A DNA stretch of 64,000 bases from Camelus ferus (Eukaryota). The stretch covers positions 88,352,001-88,416,000 of the forward strand of contig NC_045696.1 in NCBI RefSeq assembly GCF_009834535.1, in the 5' to 3' direction. This document shows, in pieces, positions 27,190 to 42,200 of this stretch. The translations under genes were made by a program, and so were the position numbers. Every line of letters starts with the position of its first letter. Position 1 is the first letter of the stretch. Under the pieces are notes generated by a model. That model saw only the letters and a list, made by a program, of their open reading frames with translations, searched no databases and was not told the origin of the DNA.

Positions 27190-28333
27190 CAGAACTTCTC
27201 AATTAGGGAGTCGAATCTTATAAAGGGAAGTGGTCCCATTCAGCACTTACTCAATTCCCTTATTTAGTGGTGTATACAGAATTTATGAATTAGCTCTTAG
27301 TTCTGGCATGCTTAGTAAGTCCAATCTTGCTTATAGGAATAGGATCTTAATACTTCATTTTCAGAACACTTTAAAACCCAAGCCAAGGCTTCTCCTTCAA
27401 GGATGTGGAAGGCATTCCTCATTCATATCTGATTTGCAGTTTTATAAAGCATGAAGATCATTTTTGTTACTTCTTCATCTATCTGCTGGATTCTAATATT
27501 CTTTTTGATGATGATACATTCATTCAATGATAGAAACTTACAGAAAAAGAATTCCTTCTCAATTTGTAAATCAAAATTTTAAAAGCAAAACCTTTGAAGT
27601 GATAGGAAGACATTTTTATGACATAAGCAGCTACTGCACTAAGCTGCTGGCACAGACCAAAACAACAAAGGTATAAACTGCTCTTTAACCTTTAAATAGT
27701 CTACGTTTGCTACAAATCCACAAATATTTTAAATATACTTTCTTCTGCATTAAAAATTAAGATAACCTCCGGCTTTCAAAGAAGTAAATATTGTGAATTG
27801 AAAAAGATTAACTTTCCTATCGAATGTCCAATGATAAACTGAACTCCAACTTCCCTATTCCAAGGATATAAAAATGATCTAAAGTGGATCAACGTGCGTG
27901 GCAAATTCATATTAAAAATTATTTCTCATATACTCTTTTACTAAAGCAATTAATACAAAAAGAATGTAAAAGCTTGTTATATGCTTGAGGATTTAGGTAA
28001 CCTCCAAGGAATCACAACTTGTCAGCTTTTAAACCCAGAGTTATAGTATGTGAAAATACTATCGTCTCATAAAAAAGCAAGCCCATAAAACTCCATACAT
28101 AAAATGGCCTAAATATCAGCAATAATTACATTCTCCATAATCTTTTATCTAAAGCTTCAAAGCCATCAATCTTTTTCCAGTCTTCAAGTGAGCAATCAAA
28201 ATAGTCATATTTAGTCAGGTTTAAAACTAAATTTCTCCTTCTCAATATGAAAGCATAGACAGAAAAAACAAAAAGTTATTCCATCTAACATCCTGAGCCT
28301 AAGGATGTGGAAACCATCTACAACATTATCTCA

Positions 28334-28464
28334 TTATGTCATCATTGATTCACCTTCTTCACCAGTAGCATCCTGGGAAATGTGAAGGTCTTCAAGCATC
28401 TCCGCCAGACTAATACGAGGTGCTCCTTCATCATCTGTGTCACTTTCCACCGGAATGGTTGAAT
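28334..28464 (-). CDS. NMD3: NMD3 exon 16 coding part: (D)STIPVESDTDDEGAPRISLAEMLEDLHISQDATGEEGESMMT*
   Basis: 131 nt, TAG acceptor, stop TAA immediately followed by TGA; NES; in ORF 28334..28537. Confidence 0.97.
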
Positions 28465-31400
28465 CTAAGGAAAAATACAAAGAGGATTTCAAATAAATAT
28501 AAATAAGGAAATATGCAAATACTGCCGCCATCATCATTGATGTATTATTTAATCATATTATATCCACAGCTCTTATACCATATCTAGAACAGGCATTTAA
28601 ATATGCATTGAATGACTAAACTTCCATAAATGTATTATGAGTAACTATCTACTAGTAAAGGGATCAGCAAATTTGAGGGCTCATGCTAGGATGCAAATGA
28701 TTTCTAATGTGGTATAGTAAACAACATTTTAATAACTATTACTGTTCAAGTTTTGGGGGGTTATTTGGGGGAAGAGGGAGTAAATGTTTAGTTGTTTTAA
28801 AAACATGTAATAGGTCATTTATGGAATCAAAGTTTAAGATAACAAAATACTCACACTGGTATAATATATCTATACACAGAAGACACAACTTAAACACTCC
28901 TAAAACACCAACCTCTGTAAATGTTTACATTTTTTCTAATTGCCTCATCTTCTTCAAGATCTTCAAGGAAATCTTGGTATTGCCTAAGAAGGATAAAGAA
29001 ACATTCAAATATTTCATCTTTACCAAGAAAGTATGAAATTATGTTTTCTTCACTTTCAGCACTATAAGATAAATGTGTTCCAAGTATTAAAATCCTTAAA
29101 ATAATAACTGAAGGTCAGATATGGATGTCAATACTCTGACAGGTTTTTAAAAAATCTTTTCTTTCAAAATTACATGATAAAAAAAATACACACTGAATAT
29201 AAGGTGACATTAAATACACGACAATGAGAAGACCCCTTCAAACTTCATCCTCCCCTGCAAAAATTTATGGCCAAGTTGAAATACACATTTTAAGACTATA
29301 AATGAAATAGTCAAATATATACTTATAATATCTAATTAAGTTAACATGATATACTTATACATACTTATTTTAAATTATACTATGAGATTATATTTTAGAA
29401 ACACTGCTATTTTCCACTCACATTTCACGACACAATTTTATCCTAACAGTGTCTTCACCATCATTAAGGCCATTTTTCCAATCATCCAATACACTTCTCT
29501 AGAACACAATATCTTCATTTCTCATTGTTATTTGACAAACAGAATATCTCATATCAATGAGCTGTTTTCTTTTTATACCGTCTGAAGTACTCATTTGCTA
29601 TTTGTGATATCCACAAGGTGCTCATTATATTTTAACTTTTCAAATGAATCATCTACAATCATAACTCAGCCAATAATAACTAAAACTTTGTTAAATGTCA
29701 TTATGTCCGCTTATACCGATCCAAACAACACATTGATAAGAATACAAAATTAATACTGAGTACAAGGACCAACTGTGTGACAACTATTTCTTTACAATAT
29801 AAAAACCATAAAGATTTATCACAAGGATTTCCTTTGAGAAAACATATGAAGTTTAAAGAAAAGTGGAACCTTTCATTATCTGCATCCATGTTTTCTCTCT
29901 CTTTTGCAAGCTCTTTCAGTTTCCAGTTTCTACGACGTTGACGTTTGGTACGGTCATAGCTCTTCTTGATTAATACCTAAAAGTAATAGAAATATTTGCA
30001 AATATTTCTACAAAATATTTGTATTTGAACAAAAAAAGGGAACTAGGTAACAGTACCTCAAAATCCAATAAAATTAAAAAATGAAAGGTTATGGGAATGC
30101 CAGGAAGTCACCAAACTGATGATAGTGGTTGTACCTCATACCTGATAGTAGTCAGGGAAAAGAGTAGGGCTCAAGAAGCAGTGTCAAGAGACCATTTAAC
30201 ATTTTTCTTAACATACTTAGTATTTTATGAGAATGCATTTAACCCTTATTTGTATAATTATTAAAATTATTAATAAATTGTATAATTATTAAAATGAAAA
30301 CTGAAATCTTCCAATGATTGAAAATTGAAATATTTTACACCAAAAACTTCATGTTTTTGGTGACTGTTTTTTTCTTTATACCAAAGTATAGTAGCTTTCA
30401 GCTATCATTCACATAAATCATTCTGAAACATTATCACAGGCAGACATTTTTTTCTCCCTTTTACTCCTAATAAGCACTTATAGAACGATACATATTTCTC
30501 ACAACTGTATGTCCTACAACAGTTTAATAAAGTGTGGACTGTTTAAATGAAAATAACTTTACAATACAAAATTTTGTAAGACCATCTTGATCTTCTCTTA
30601 CAACTTTGTGAGAAATACCTATTTAGACTTACCTAAACCATGCTTCTATTTACTAATTTATTAATTAATAAAAGTACAACTGGGTGGTAAGAAAGAGAGC
30701 CTTTCTTATGCCATGACTTTATTTCTGTTATTTTTGACCACAGCTAAAGCAATCAATGTTTATTTTAAAAGAATAAGCAAGCAGGAGATATAGTCTTTTT
30801 CACACTTCACATTCACTGTTGCTCATGATTCATATAAACTCATGTTAGAATTTAACAGATTTTTTTTCAAAAGTAACATTTTTTTCTCTAAGACTTGATA
30901 CTGTGAGATTATTTTCAACTACAATTAAATTTCAAACCTGAAAAATGGTTTTAACTCTAAATGCCTTAACTAAACAATACATAATATACTGAGCCTAAAA
31001 GAATGAACAGCAATAAATTCTAAAGGTCATCATTTTTCGTTGCAAATTTATTTTTGTTCTACAGATACCATCAAACATTTTGACAGAATGAAAATCTGAT
31101 TATAAGAGCAACCAAAACACTCAATAAATCCTGAATTTTACCTACCAAGAATAATTATTTTAAAGGAAGGTTTTGCTATTACACTTTAACTGCAATATCA
31201 AAAGGAATCTCTAAATTGATTTGTTATTTCCAAAAATGTGAATTTATGCATCTTACCCATAAGAGTTACATCAATCCTTTGTTAACACAGGAAAAAAGGG
31301 GAAAAATCTAAAGCCTTACCACATCTGGGATTCTATCTGATTTCATTTTATTGACATGCTCATCATTTAAGTTACAGTTGGCCAAATCAAACCTAAAATG

Positions 31401-33256
31401 AAAACATAAGACACTTAATTACAAAAACATTTATTCTTTCCATGTAACTTTTTATTTCATAGATGATCACCTAAAAGTTCCTTCTAAGATCAAACATTTA
31501 ATATGCTTTCTCACTTTAAAAGTTTTGCAGTGTACTACACAGTGAACATGTTTCTACAGATTCCAGTAAATAAAATAATGTACTCTATCTCTGAGTTTCA
31601 CATGTCATCCATTATTGTCCACCTCACCATATACTTGTAAAAGAAGCAAAACAATTATATTTGGTCTAACATTAGGATTCAGTGAGATGGTCCCATTTAG
31701 ATTATAAATAACAAAAACAAAACACCTTTCATTGTCTAGTAAAAGGAACTGAAACCCTAAGAGCAAAAGTAATGTTTAATGCATGCTTATAAGTTCTGCA
31801 TCAGAATGGACTGTCCTATACCTGTAAAGAGCTCTTACACATACAGCTGCCATATTTTAAAAGGGAAATATTTTAACAGCAGCATATGCATAATAAAAAA
31901 CTACCTGCTTCCTCCAAAAGGCTATAAATATAATCTAATCATATAACTTCAGGGTTCAATTTCTCAAAATCTTGTAACAAATGACTCTTTAAGATGATGG
32001 CCAAAATGGAATAACTATGGGCTTCTATCCTCTATCCAATAAATAGTTTAATTTATTTATCAAAAATAAAATGAGCTAAAAGGTTCCTAAGAACTCTTAA
32101 ATTCTTTTTAGAATAAACAACTCTAGTATTTTAGATTGCTCCACTGGCTCCCAGAGAAAATCTGCAGTGCTAACTGACAGTTTAAAATACTGCAAGATAA
32201 TACAAACCCCAACACCAGGTCTCCAGGATTTAGAAGATGTCCCAAATGAGTGCGGCAAAAATACTGTTTATCTGTATTCATTTCAGATGTTTTCTGTACC
32301 CAGACTTCTCCGAGGGTATGCTTAACAGGAAAGAAAATGTACTCTTCAATAATCTAAGCATAACTTAAAAAGCACCTCATGGAAAAGTTAAATACAATGT
32401 TGATTTTGGTTTTCTGATTTTCATTTTAAAGACAGAAATTGTATTATTTTCCAGACTTCTGACATACTGTCAAAGTTCACAAATTACAGAATTATGAGTA
32501 CAGAAAAAGATTCATAAGTAACTCATAAGATAATATTTTATTAAGATTTTATTCAAAGCTTTTATAAGACATTAACATTGTCACCTAAAAACAGACACAT
32601 ATGTAGAATTCTCAAAAGATATGTTTCACAACGAGATGGGCCAACACAGACTGAGCAAAAAGAAAAACTTTTTTTAAACGTAGGGGAGTCTAAAATTCAG
32701 GTAACATTTTAAGCAACCCTGTTTTACGTAAGTTTAAAAAAACAGGACTCACAGAAAATAATCTAGCAATCCCAGTGGCACCACTACCACAAGAGAACCC
32801 AAATCTTTAAATCTATTTTTTGAATGCCTACTATTTTGAGGTTTAACTTTTTTCTTCTAAACTATTTGTCATAGAAATAACATCCCAAATTTGAACTTTT
32901 AAAGTAGAAAACCATTAAAGCCCCATTCCAACATGGAATTTTACAATTTAACTGACATTTCAAACTTCCAGGCTGAATTAAGTATAGTACATGCCAGTAC
33001 CTTTTACTAACAAAAACAGACCCAAGTAAAAAAGTTATACACAGAATTAAGGAAACTCAAAGAGGTGAAATGAAGAGGTAGCAATAGAGGAAGAAACTAA
33101 AATAACAGACATCAGATTCAGGAAAAAATCCAGATTTAGGGGAAAAAACTGGAAAAAAAAAAATGAATCGGGGAGAGGTATACCTCAAGCAGTAGAGCTC
33201 ATGCTTAGCATGTGCTAAGTCCTGGGTTCAATCCCCAGTAACTCCTCTGTAAATAG

Positions 33257-33289
<33 letters not shown>

Positions 33290-36200
33290 TAAATAAATAA
33301 ATAAATAAATAAATGTGAATCACCAGGGAAAGACTAAATTCTAGCTAAATGCATTTTCTGAAAGCAAAGAAAGTATAATATCTCATTTTATATATGCCTG
33401 AGAAGAGATGCTTAAAAGATAAGAAGTTTGCTCTTAATCATATTATTAAATTTTTTAAATAAAAATATGAAAAGTAATTAATTTTTCCATTTCCATTGAT
33501 TTCCCCCAAATTATCAGAGGTTAGTTTTGTCTCAAGACAAAATTACCTCAAAAGAAATGAGCACTGTTAGTATCCAGTTTGGGGGGACCTCAAAATACTA
33601 TTTCACAGCAGAAAAGAAATCAGACTTAACATCCTTGAAGAAATACCTAATTTCAGATACGGGGTAAGAACTATACAATGTGATTTTGGAACACGTAAAT
33701 GATGTGGTGGTGTGCCACAAAGAACGCTTTCAAAGACTAGAGAAGTTATGTCAAAAGAACAACATAGGTAGCAGATAAACAACGAAATCTTACTGTATAG
33801 CACAGGTAACTATATTCAATACCTTGTAATGGCCTATAATGAAAATTGTAAATTGACTATACTTCAATTTTTAAAAAAGGACACAGGAATAGACTGATAT
33901 CTATCAAAGAAACTTGAGTCAATAATTAATAATTTTTCAAAACAGAAAGCACTGGGCCCAGATGGATTCAATGGTGAACTGTATCAAACATTTAAGGCAG
34001 AAATTATACCATTCCTCTACAGTCTTTTCCAGAAGATGGAAGCAGAGGGAATACTTCCTAACTTTTTTACAAAACCAGCATTACCCTAAAACCAAAACGG
34101 AAGACATTACAAGGAAAACAATCTACAGACCAATTTCTCATGAACACAGATTCAAAAATCCTCAACAAAATATAAAAGAATTGTACACCATGACCAAGTG
34201 GGATTTAACCTATGTGTGCAAGGCTAGTTCAACATTTGAAAAACCCATCGACCACATCAACACGCTAAAAAGGAAAACAAACAAAATCACATGATGGTAT
34301 CAACACATAAAGACAAAGCATGTAACAAAATCCAACCCTCATTCATGATAAAAACTCTCAGTAAACTAGGAATTGAGAGAAACTTCCTTCACTTGATAAA
34401 GAATATCTACTTAAGAAAAAAAAAAAACTTAACCAGCATTACACTTAAAGGTGAGAAACTTGGAGATTTCCCACTAAGATCCTACAAGTCAAGAATGTTC
34501 CCTCTCACTGCACATTTTCAATATCCTACTGGAAAATCTAGCTAATGTAAAAGACAAGAAAAGGAAATGACAGGTATATAGATTGAGAAGAAAAAAATAA
34601 AATTATCGCTGCAGATGACATGATCATCTACAAAGACTATCTGACTGGACAAAAACACTCGTGGAACATAGCAAGATTACAGGACACAAGGTTATAAACC
34701 AAAGTCAGTCACTCCCCTATATACCAACATGAAAACAGTGGAATTTGAAATTTAAAAATATAATTTACATTAGCACCCAAAAAAATGAAATACTAAGGTG
34801 TAAATCTGACAAAATATGTGTAAGACCTCTATGAGGAAAACTACAAAAGTCTGATGAACAAAATCAAATAACTCAAACAGAGAGATGTTCCATGTTCATT
34901 GACAGGAAAACTCAATATTGTCAAGATGTAAGTTCTGCACAACTTGATCTTAAGATTCATGCAGTTCTGATCAAAATCCTAACAAGTTAAGCCATGAAGG
35001 TGTAACATACAGCACAAGGAATATGGTCAATAATACTGTAATAACTCTGTAATGATTACTAGTCCTTACCATGGTGATCATTTCATAATAGATGCAAAAC
35101 TCATATCACTTGTGTAGTACACCTGAAAATAAAATACTATTGTACATCAACTTTATTTCAATTTAAAAAAATCTCAACAAGTTATTTTGTGGATATTGAC
35201 AACTGATTTTAAAGTTTGTACACAGAGGCAAAAGATACAGGATAGTCAACACAATTCTGAAGAAAAGGTTGTAGGATTGACACTACCCAACTTTCTCAAC
35301 TGAAGAAAAGGTTGTAGGATTGACACTACCCAAGCATTACTATAATGCTACAGTAAGCAAGACAGTATGGTACTGACTAAAGAACAAATAGATCAATGGA
35401 ACAAAACAGAGAGCCCAGAAATACACCCACATAAATACAGTTAACTGATCTTTGACAAGGGAGCAAAAGCAATACAATGAAGCAAAGACAGTGTTTTCAA
35501 CTAATGGTGCTGGAATAACTGGACATCAGCAAGCCAAAAAAAAAAAAAAAAAGTCAATCTAGACACAAACCTTACATTCATCACAAAAACTAACTCAAAA
35601 TGGATCACAGACCTAAGTGTAAAATACACAACTATAAAACCCCTAGAAGATAACAAAGGAGAAATCTAGCTGACCTTGGGTTTGGCAATGACTATTTAGA
35701 TACAACACCAAAAGCAGGATCCATGAAAGAATAGTTGATAAACTGGACTTCAATAAAATTAGAAATTTCTGCTCTGTGACAATGTCAAGAGAGTAAGAAG
35801 ATAAACGAGCCTGAAAGGAAATATGTGCAAAAAAACACATCTAACAAAGGACTATTATCCAAAATTGACAAATAACTCTTATAACTCAGCAGTAAGAAAA
35901 CAAACAACCTGATTAAGAAATGAGCCAAAGATCTTAACAGACACCTCACCAAAGACATTCAGATGGCAAAAAGCATATGGAAAATACCCCACATCGTGTC
36001 ATCAGGGAAATATAAATTAAAATGACAGTAAGATACTAACACAGACTATTAGAATGGCCAAAATCCTAAACACTGACAACACCAAATGTGAAGATGTGGA
36101 ACAAGAGGAACATTGCTGGTGGGAATGCAAAATGATACTGCCACTTTGGAAGACAGTTTGGCACTTTCTTACAAAGTAAACATACTCTTACCAAACAATG

Positions 36201-39200
36201 CAACAAACATGCTCTTTGGTATTTACCCAAAGAAGCTGAAAACACATGTCCACACAAAAACATGCAAAAGGATGTTCACAGCAACTTTATTCATAAATTG
36301 TCAAAAATTGGAAGCAACCAAGATGTCCTTCAGTAGGTGAATGAGTAAACTGGTACACTGAAACAATAAAACACTGTTTGGCATTAAAGAAAAAAACAAA
36401 AACAAAAAAGAGCTATTAAACCATGAAAAGACATGTAGGAATCTTAAATGCACATTACTAAGTGAAAGAGGCAATTTGTAAAGACTGTATGAGTCCAACT
36501 GTATGACATTCTGGAAAAGGCAAAATTGGAGAGACAGTATTAAAAAAAAAAAAATCAGTGATTGTCAGTGGTTAGGAGGGAGGGAAGATGAATAGGCAAA
36601 GCACAGAGGATTTTCAGGGCAGTTAAAATATCCTGCATGACACTATAATGATGGGATTCATGTCATTATACATTTGTCCAAACCCACAGAAAATACCAAG
36701 ACTGAAACTTAAGGTAAAATATGGACTTTGGGTGATTACAATGTGTCAGTGCAGATTCATCAACTGGAACAAATGTACCACTCTGGTGGGAGAAGGGCAT
36801 TAAAAACGGAAGCTATGCATGTGTAGAGGCAAGGGATATGTAGGAAATCTTTTACCTCTTAATTTTGCTGTGAATCTAAAACTGCTCAAAAGAAGGAAAA
36901 GTCATTTAAACAAAATTTTTTTAAAGGGCATAGAAACTATTCTGAAGGGGCTCCTACTGGCTGCATTTCAGGCAATCTGAGTGGAAGGAAGGAAGGAAAA
37001 AGGCAGGCAGGCAGGCTAGTAACAAAGGGGGAAAAAAATCATAATTTACAATGGAGAGATCTGGCTATAAGTCAAACAGCCAACCATTGCTTGCCTCTTG
37101 ATATATCACAAAAAGTACACAGCATCACCTCTGAAATGTTCTGCCTAAATTAACCTAAATTCAAGCAAGACTTTAGACCCACTTTCCAGCTTAATGAAAA
37201 TACAAAAGATTCAGAAGTAAGTTAAATGATATCATGAGGAAACAATAAGATAAAGCCACAAGATAAAGGCCCTAATTGCTTTAGGAAGTTAGTATCATAA
37301 ATATTTAAGAAGTACAACATTCACATTCAATGAATAGTCCCTAACTAAATACTGGTTTGAATAAACCATAAAAGGCACTTTGGGACAAGTAAGGAAATTC
37401 AACAAACTATATAGTTTATATGTATGATAATACTTTGATTATGTAGAAAATATACCTATGTTTTAGAGATGCATATTGAAATATTCAGTGTTTAGTGATA
37501 ATATATATTTAATTCAAAATGTTTGAAATTTTTTAGAAGTAAAAAAAGGTTAGCTTGTCATGTGGTCCTTCTGTACAAAAGTAAAAGAAATGTTTTTTCA
37601 TAATAATATTTCCTATATGAAAGAGAAAACATTTAACATATCAGATAGTATAAATCTGATAGTTTTTACCACAATGACCACATTTTAAAAGCAAATGGCA
37701 TACAAACACATTTTTTTAACCTAATGTGGTGTTAGCTTTATCTGGAACATTCTGGAATGACGAACAACAACAACAAAAAAACCAAAGATACAAAAGAGAG
37801 AGAGAGAGACTTGAAGAGTAAGTCGGGGGTTAGGAGGAAGTGAGCAGGATGTAAATTACCTTTTTGGATATCATTCCAGCACCTGCACTGCGTTTTAGAT
37901 CTCGTACTATGCTGCAATCCATAACAATAAACTCCTCTAGCTGTCTGGGATGGCATAAACTATTAAAAAGATGACTCCAAAAAGTGTTCCCATCAATATC
38001 TGCAACTAAGAATAAGCATAGAACGTTATGGAACAAAAGAACTTAAATATTTCAAAAGACATCAACTGTGTTAACTAGGAAGTAGTTGGTATATACAAAC
38101 TGGGAAGCATCAGGTCAAAGGAACCACAGTGGTTCACTCACACTCTAGTGGATATCATTTATTCCTATAAATCAGCCCCAAATTCTCAGAGCACAAGAGA
38201 AATACCAGTTGTCAAACATATCGTAAGTAGTTACTATGATCTGAACACCACAATGTAAGTGCCTTTAAAATAAGGTCAGATCCAATCAGTTGTACAGTTG
38301 TTTCATGTGCTGGTGTTTTATTTCAGATACATTATCAATCATCTTAGGTGCTTAATTTATGGGAAATAAAGTTCTTCTACCTGACAGATGTTCATCACAA
38401 TGTTGCAAACAGATCTTTGATGAATAATTCTAATTGACATGGATTATGAATGACTTTCAACAAAATATAATGTTTTATAACAGAAAATTCATATTACAGG
38501 AAACATGTGAAAAAGATCAAGTAGGAGATACAACCAAATACTAATAAGACAGCTATCAACATGGGGGTCTCTTTTAAAAATAGTTTTTTTTATAAAGAGA
38601 ATGTTAAAAATTAGGTATAAAAATGATGAAATTAGTTAAAATTCATATTTAAAATAAATATTCTACCAGATTACAAAGTGTCTAAAGTTCCAAACTTTAA
38701 AACACTTGCTATACACTAAAATTTGGCAATGAACTTAGTCACAAAAATTAAATGAGGTAAATAAGTAAGTCGATTTCAGTAAAAATAAATAGAATAAAAT
38801 TAATAAAATTTTAAAAGTTCTCAGAAATCTTTCTCCAAATAAAATATACAAGGGTAACTTATCAAAAGCTTTAAAAAGTCCAGTGCTTTTAAACACTGCA
38901 CAGTAGTTTTTCAAAATGGTTATTACTGAGAATGCTTGATAAAATTACCAACAACTACAAGTTATTACTGCTCGTTGCACTGAACTGTCAAGGCAAATAG
39001 TTCCCAAAACTTACCTTGTAGGGTATTTGGATCTATGAGGTGGATAACGCTGGTTACTCGAATACACACACAAATCTGGTTCATGTTTCCCAGGCTTTGT
39101 GCCAGTTTCGAAGACAGACAAACAACATTATCCTAGGCATAAGAGCTAACATTTAATGTGAAGGAAATCCTAAATAACAGTCTCCAATAAACACTCATCA

Positions 39201-42200
39201 ATGCAAATCTGATCCAGGTGCATTTTCCCAAATCAAAATGTTATTTTTAATTCTCCATAACAACAAATGGCCTAAAAAAAGAATCAGACCTTAGAGAAAC
39301 AGAAAATAAGTTATACCTTCTTAAGATGGGGATATAGGTCTTAATAAAATGCTTTTAAAAATATATTCCAGATCCTAATCACCAAGCTGTTAAGTTTATT
39401 TCAATTTTACTGAAGGGTGAATGCTTGCTTATCACTCTATGTTAATACAGTGTACATTCTAAACAAAGTATTATAAATACCAGGAGCGTGATTGGCTAAA
39501 TTGATTTGTGACTTCGTTCAATATCTATAAAAATTAATTTCAGAGAAGCCACATGTTTCTCTTTCTTGTCTATATGTACCAATATGTAATCAAAGATTTA
39601 ATGCCCCGCAGAAAGCACATATGTCTATGTGTGCATTAGGAGAGATTACCAGCAATGTGGTTATCTGTTTTTAAGCTGATATTAAAACATGAAAAAGACC
39701 TGAGATATATTTTAAGTTGTATCTATTCACAATCATAGGCTCCCCCACTGAAGGGACAGTCTTGTGCATCCCTCATGGCCTAGTCCAGACTTTTTCGTTT
39801 AAACTTAATAAAAAAGAGTCTCCAAAGATTAATTAAAATACTCCTTTATATTATGTATTCATTCAGATACCTGTATGAATTACTCAAAGGAATTAATACA
39901 CAAGGCCTAAATATGCCCTTACACCTGAATTCTTATTTCCCCGGTTTTGTACCAGGAAAATGTTCCTTGTTTTAAACCAGAGGTCTGCAAAATAAGACCC
40001 TTAGGCCAAATTTTCGTAAATAAAGTTTTGCTGGAACACAGCCTCAACCCTTCATTTATCTATTATCAATGGTTACTTTTGTGCAACAGCAGCACAGCTG
40101 AGTGATTGCAAAACAGACTCCATAGTTTAAAAGCTGAAAATACTTACTCTCTGGTCCTTTCCAGAAAAAAATCTGCTGACTGTTTTACGCCATCATTTCA
40201 TCCCTGATACTGTACTACACCATAGATTAGTGATGACAGCTTTAAAGCCTTAGAGTCACAAACCTAGACACAAATCCTGGTTTGATCATTCTGTAGTTAC
40301 GTAACTTTGGGCAAGTCATCTAACCTCCTCAAGCTTCAATTTCCTCATCTTCAAAATGATGATATGATGATACACCAGTTGTTGTGAGACATGAAGAGGT
40401 GAAATATACTTAAGTACTCGGATAAAAACTTTATGTAGAATGCTCACTACAAATTATGGCATTTATCATTACTAATGATTTAAATACGGACACATTTCTA
40501 CTTGGCAGAGACCTCTAGTATATAATCCTTAACAAACAGCCTTCTGTACAATAGATCCTCAATAACTATTCATTGTATTTTAATTCATTTCTATTTTTTG
40601 AAGCAGGGTTTTTACCTGAGTAAAATTAATGAAATGACAATCTACATTTTAAGTGTTACTCAGATTATATTTTTAAAATCACAAAAATTATTCTATGATC
40701 TCATTTTCACAATACTGTTTAATTTTATTAAGCCAAAATCCAGTTTGAACACATTCCACAAAGTGTTAAAAGATATTTATCTTAAAGTCATTTCCTGTAT
40801 TCACAGTTTCATAGAACTGTATGTGTCCACTAGGATCACAAATTTTAAGGAATGTACATGGTAAAGAATTGCACACCAAAGATTCATAATTACAAGTTAT
40901 ATTTATAGTTAAAGAACTGTACACCAAAAATTTATAATTTTAAGCATGGTTACTTTCAAACATCTTTTTAACATGCCTAAAAATGTGTCAGAAATCATTT
41001 AAGAAAGAGGTTACTATAAATGCTTAACCAATCCCAGAAGGAAATCAGGAGCTAATAATTACATATAAACCAATTAATTTTACTTGTACTCTTTCATAAG
41101 AAAGACATGGTTTAATTAAATGAGAAAAATTACCTTGCATATTGGAACAATTTCCACAGAAAAAGTGCTTTTGTAATTGTATGTGTTACTGTGGATATCC
41201 TGAGAGATGAGTCTCTGTGAAGCTTTGTATCTGTTAAGAGAAAAAGTTAGCCATAATAAAAGACAAAGGTCCTTACTTGTGTAGTCTCGGGAATATAAAC
41301 TTTCATTAAATCAAATCATCACTGCCTGAGGTCTGAAATAGCTTCCTGATGCCTGCTATGTATGATAAAGCTAATTTTATCTATTTCATTTAAAAACCCT
41401 CACCAATCTACTGCACTCTACCGATTTTCAACTTTATCTACTAAAAACCTACAAAACACTCCCTTGGCTTAGATCAATCTAGTCCATATATAGCATCCAT
41501 TAAAAGCAACACTAATGCCCACCCCGTCTTCATTTACACTAATCTCATGTTCCAATATAAACTCTACTTTTGAAAATTTCCCATTTTAAGATCTTAAGTC
41601 CTTCACCCTCCATGAAGTTTCTTCCCATAGTCCTCTACCCCCATTTTCTTTTCTCTTATTTAAATATGTTCAATCAGCGGTTCAGAACTACAGGGCTTAC
41701 TATCACAGTCTAGCTTCCCAAAGAGATTCTTAATGCTGTTTGGCTAATGTTTCCCTTAAAGTGGCTAATCCAATAAATGCTTCTAACTGTGTAAGTATTC
41801 TTAGTATAATTTTAAATATCTTGAGATAAGTTGCTTAAGCCTGGAGAATGGATGTGACCTAAATTCACTCCGAGCTCCCTGGATTTAATCACATGAAGTT
41901 TCAGAACATACCTAGTGGGAACCGTACACTGGAGAAATTCTACCATCTTCTGAGCATGTTGTTTTGAGGAATAATAGAAATCCAGACCATCTTTAAAAAA
42001 AAAAAAAAGCTATATTAAAATAATTCTGCAAAGTAAGATTTTCCTCTACTAAGATGACTATATCACGATTTAAATGTGTATTATACAGTTAAATTATAAT
42101 ATTCTAGCCATAGCAATTAGGGATATCATATCACTTAAAACTTGTCTGACAAAAGGATAGATAAATCAGACAAATGATAAGGAAAAGAAACAAGATTCAC

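Noticed and set aside
29860..29869. U12-type intron at the GTTCCA donor
   Set aside because: Does not match the RTATCCTT U12 consensus
30250..30295. 18-bp direct repeat (and a diverged ~48-bp-period repeat at 40861-40944)
   Set aside because: Low-complexity AT-rich slippage products with no evidence of function
35257..35333. CRISPR-like direct repeat
   Set aside because: Only two units with a 9-nt gap, inside a mammalian L1
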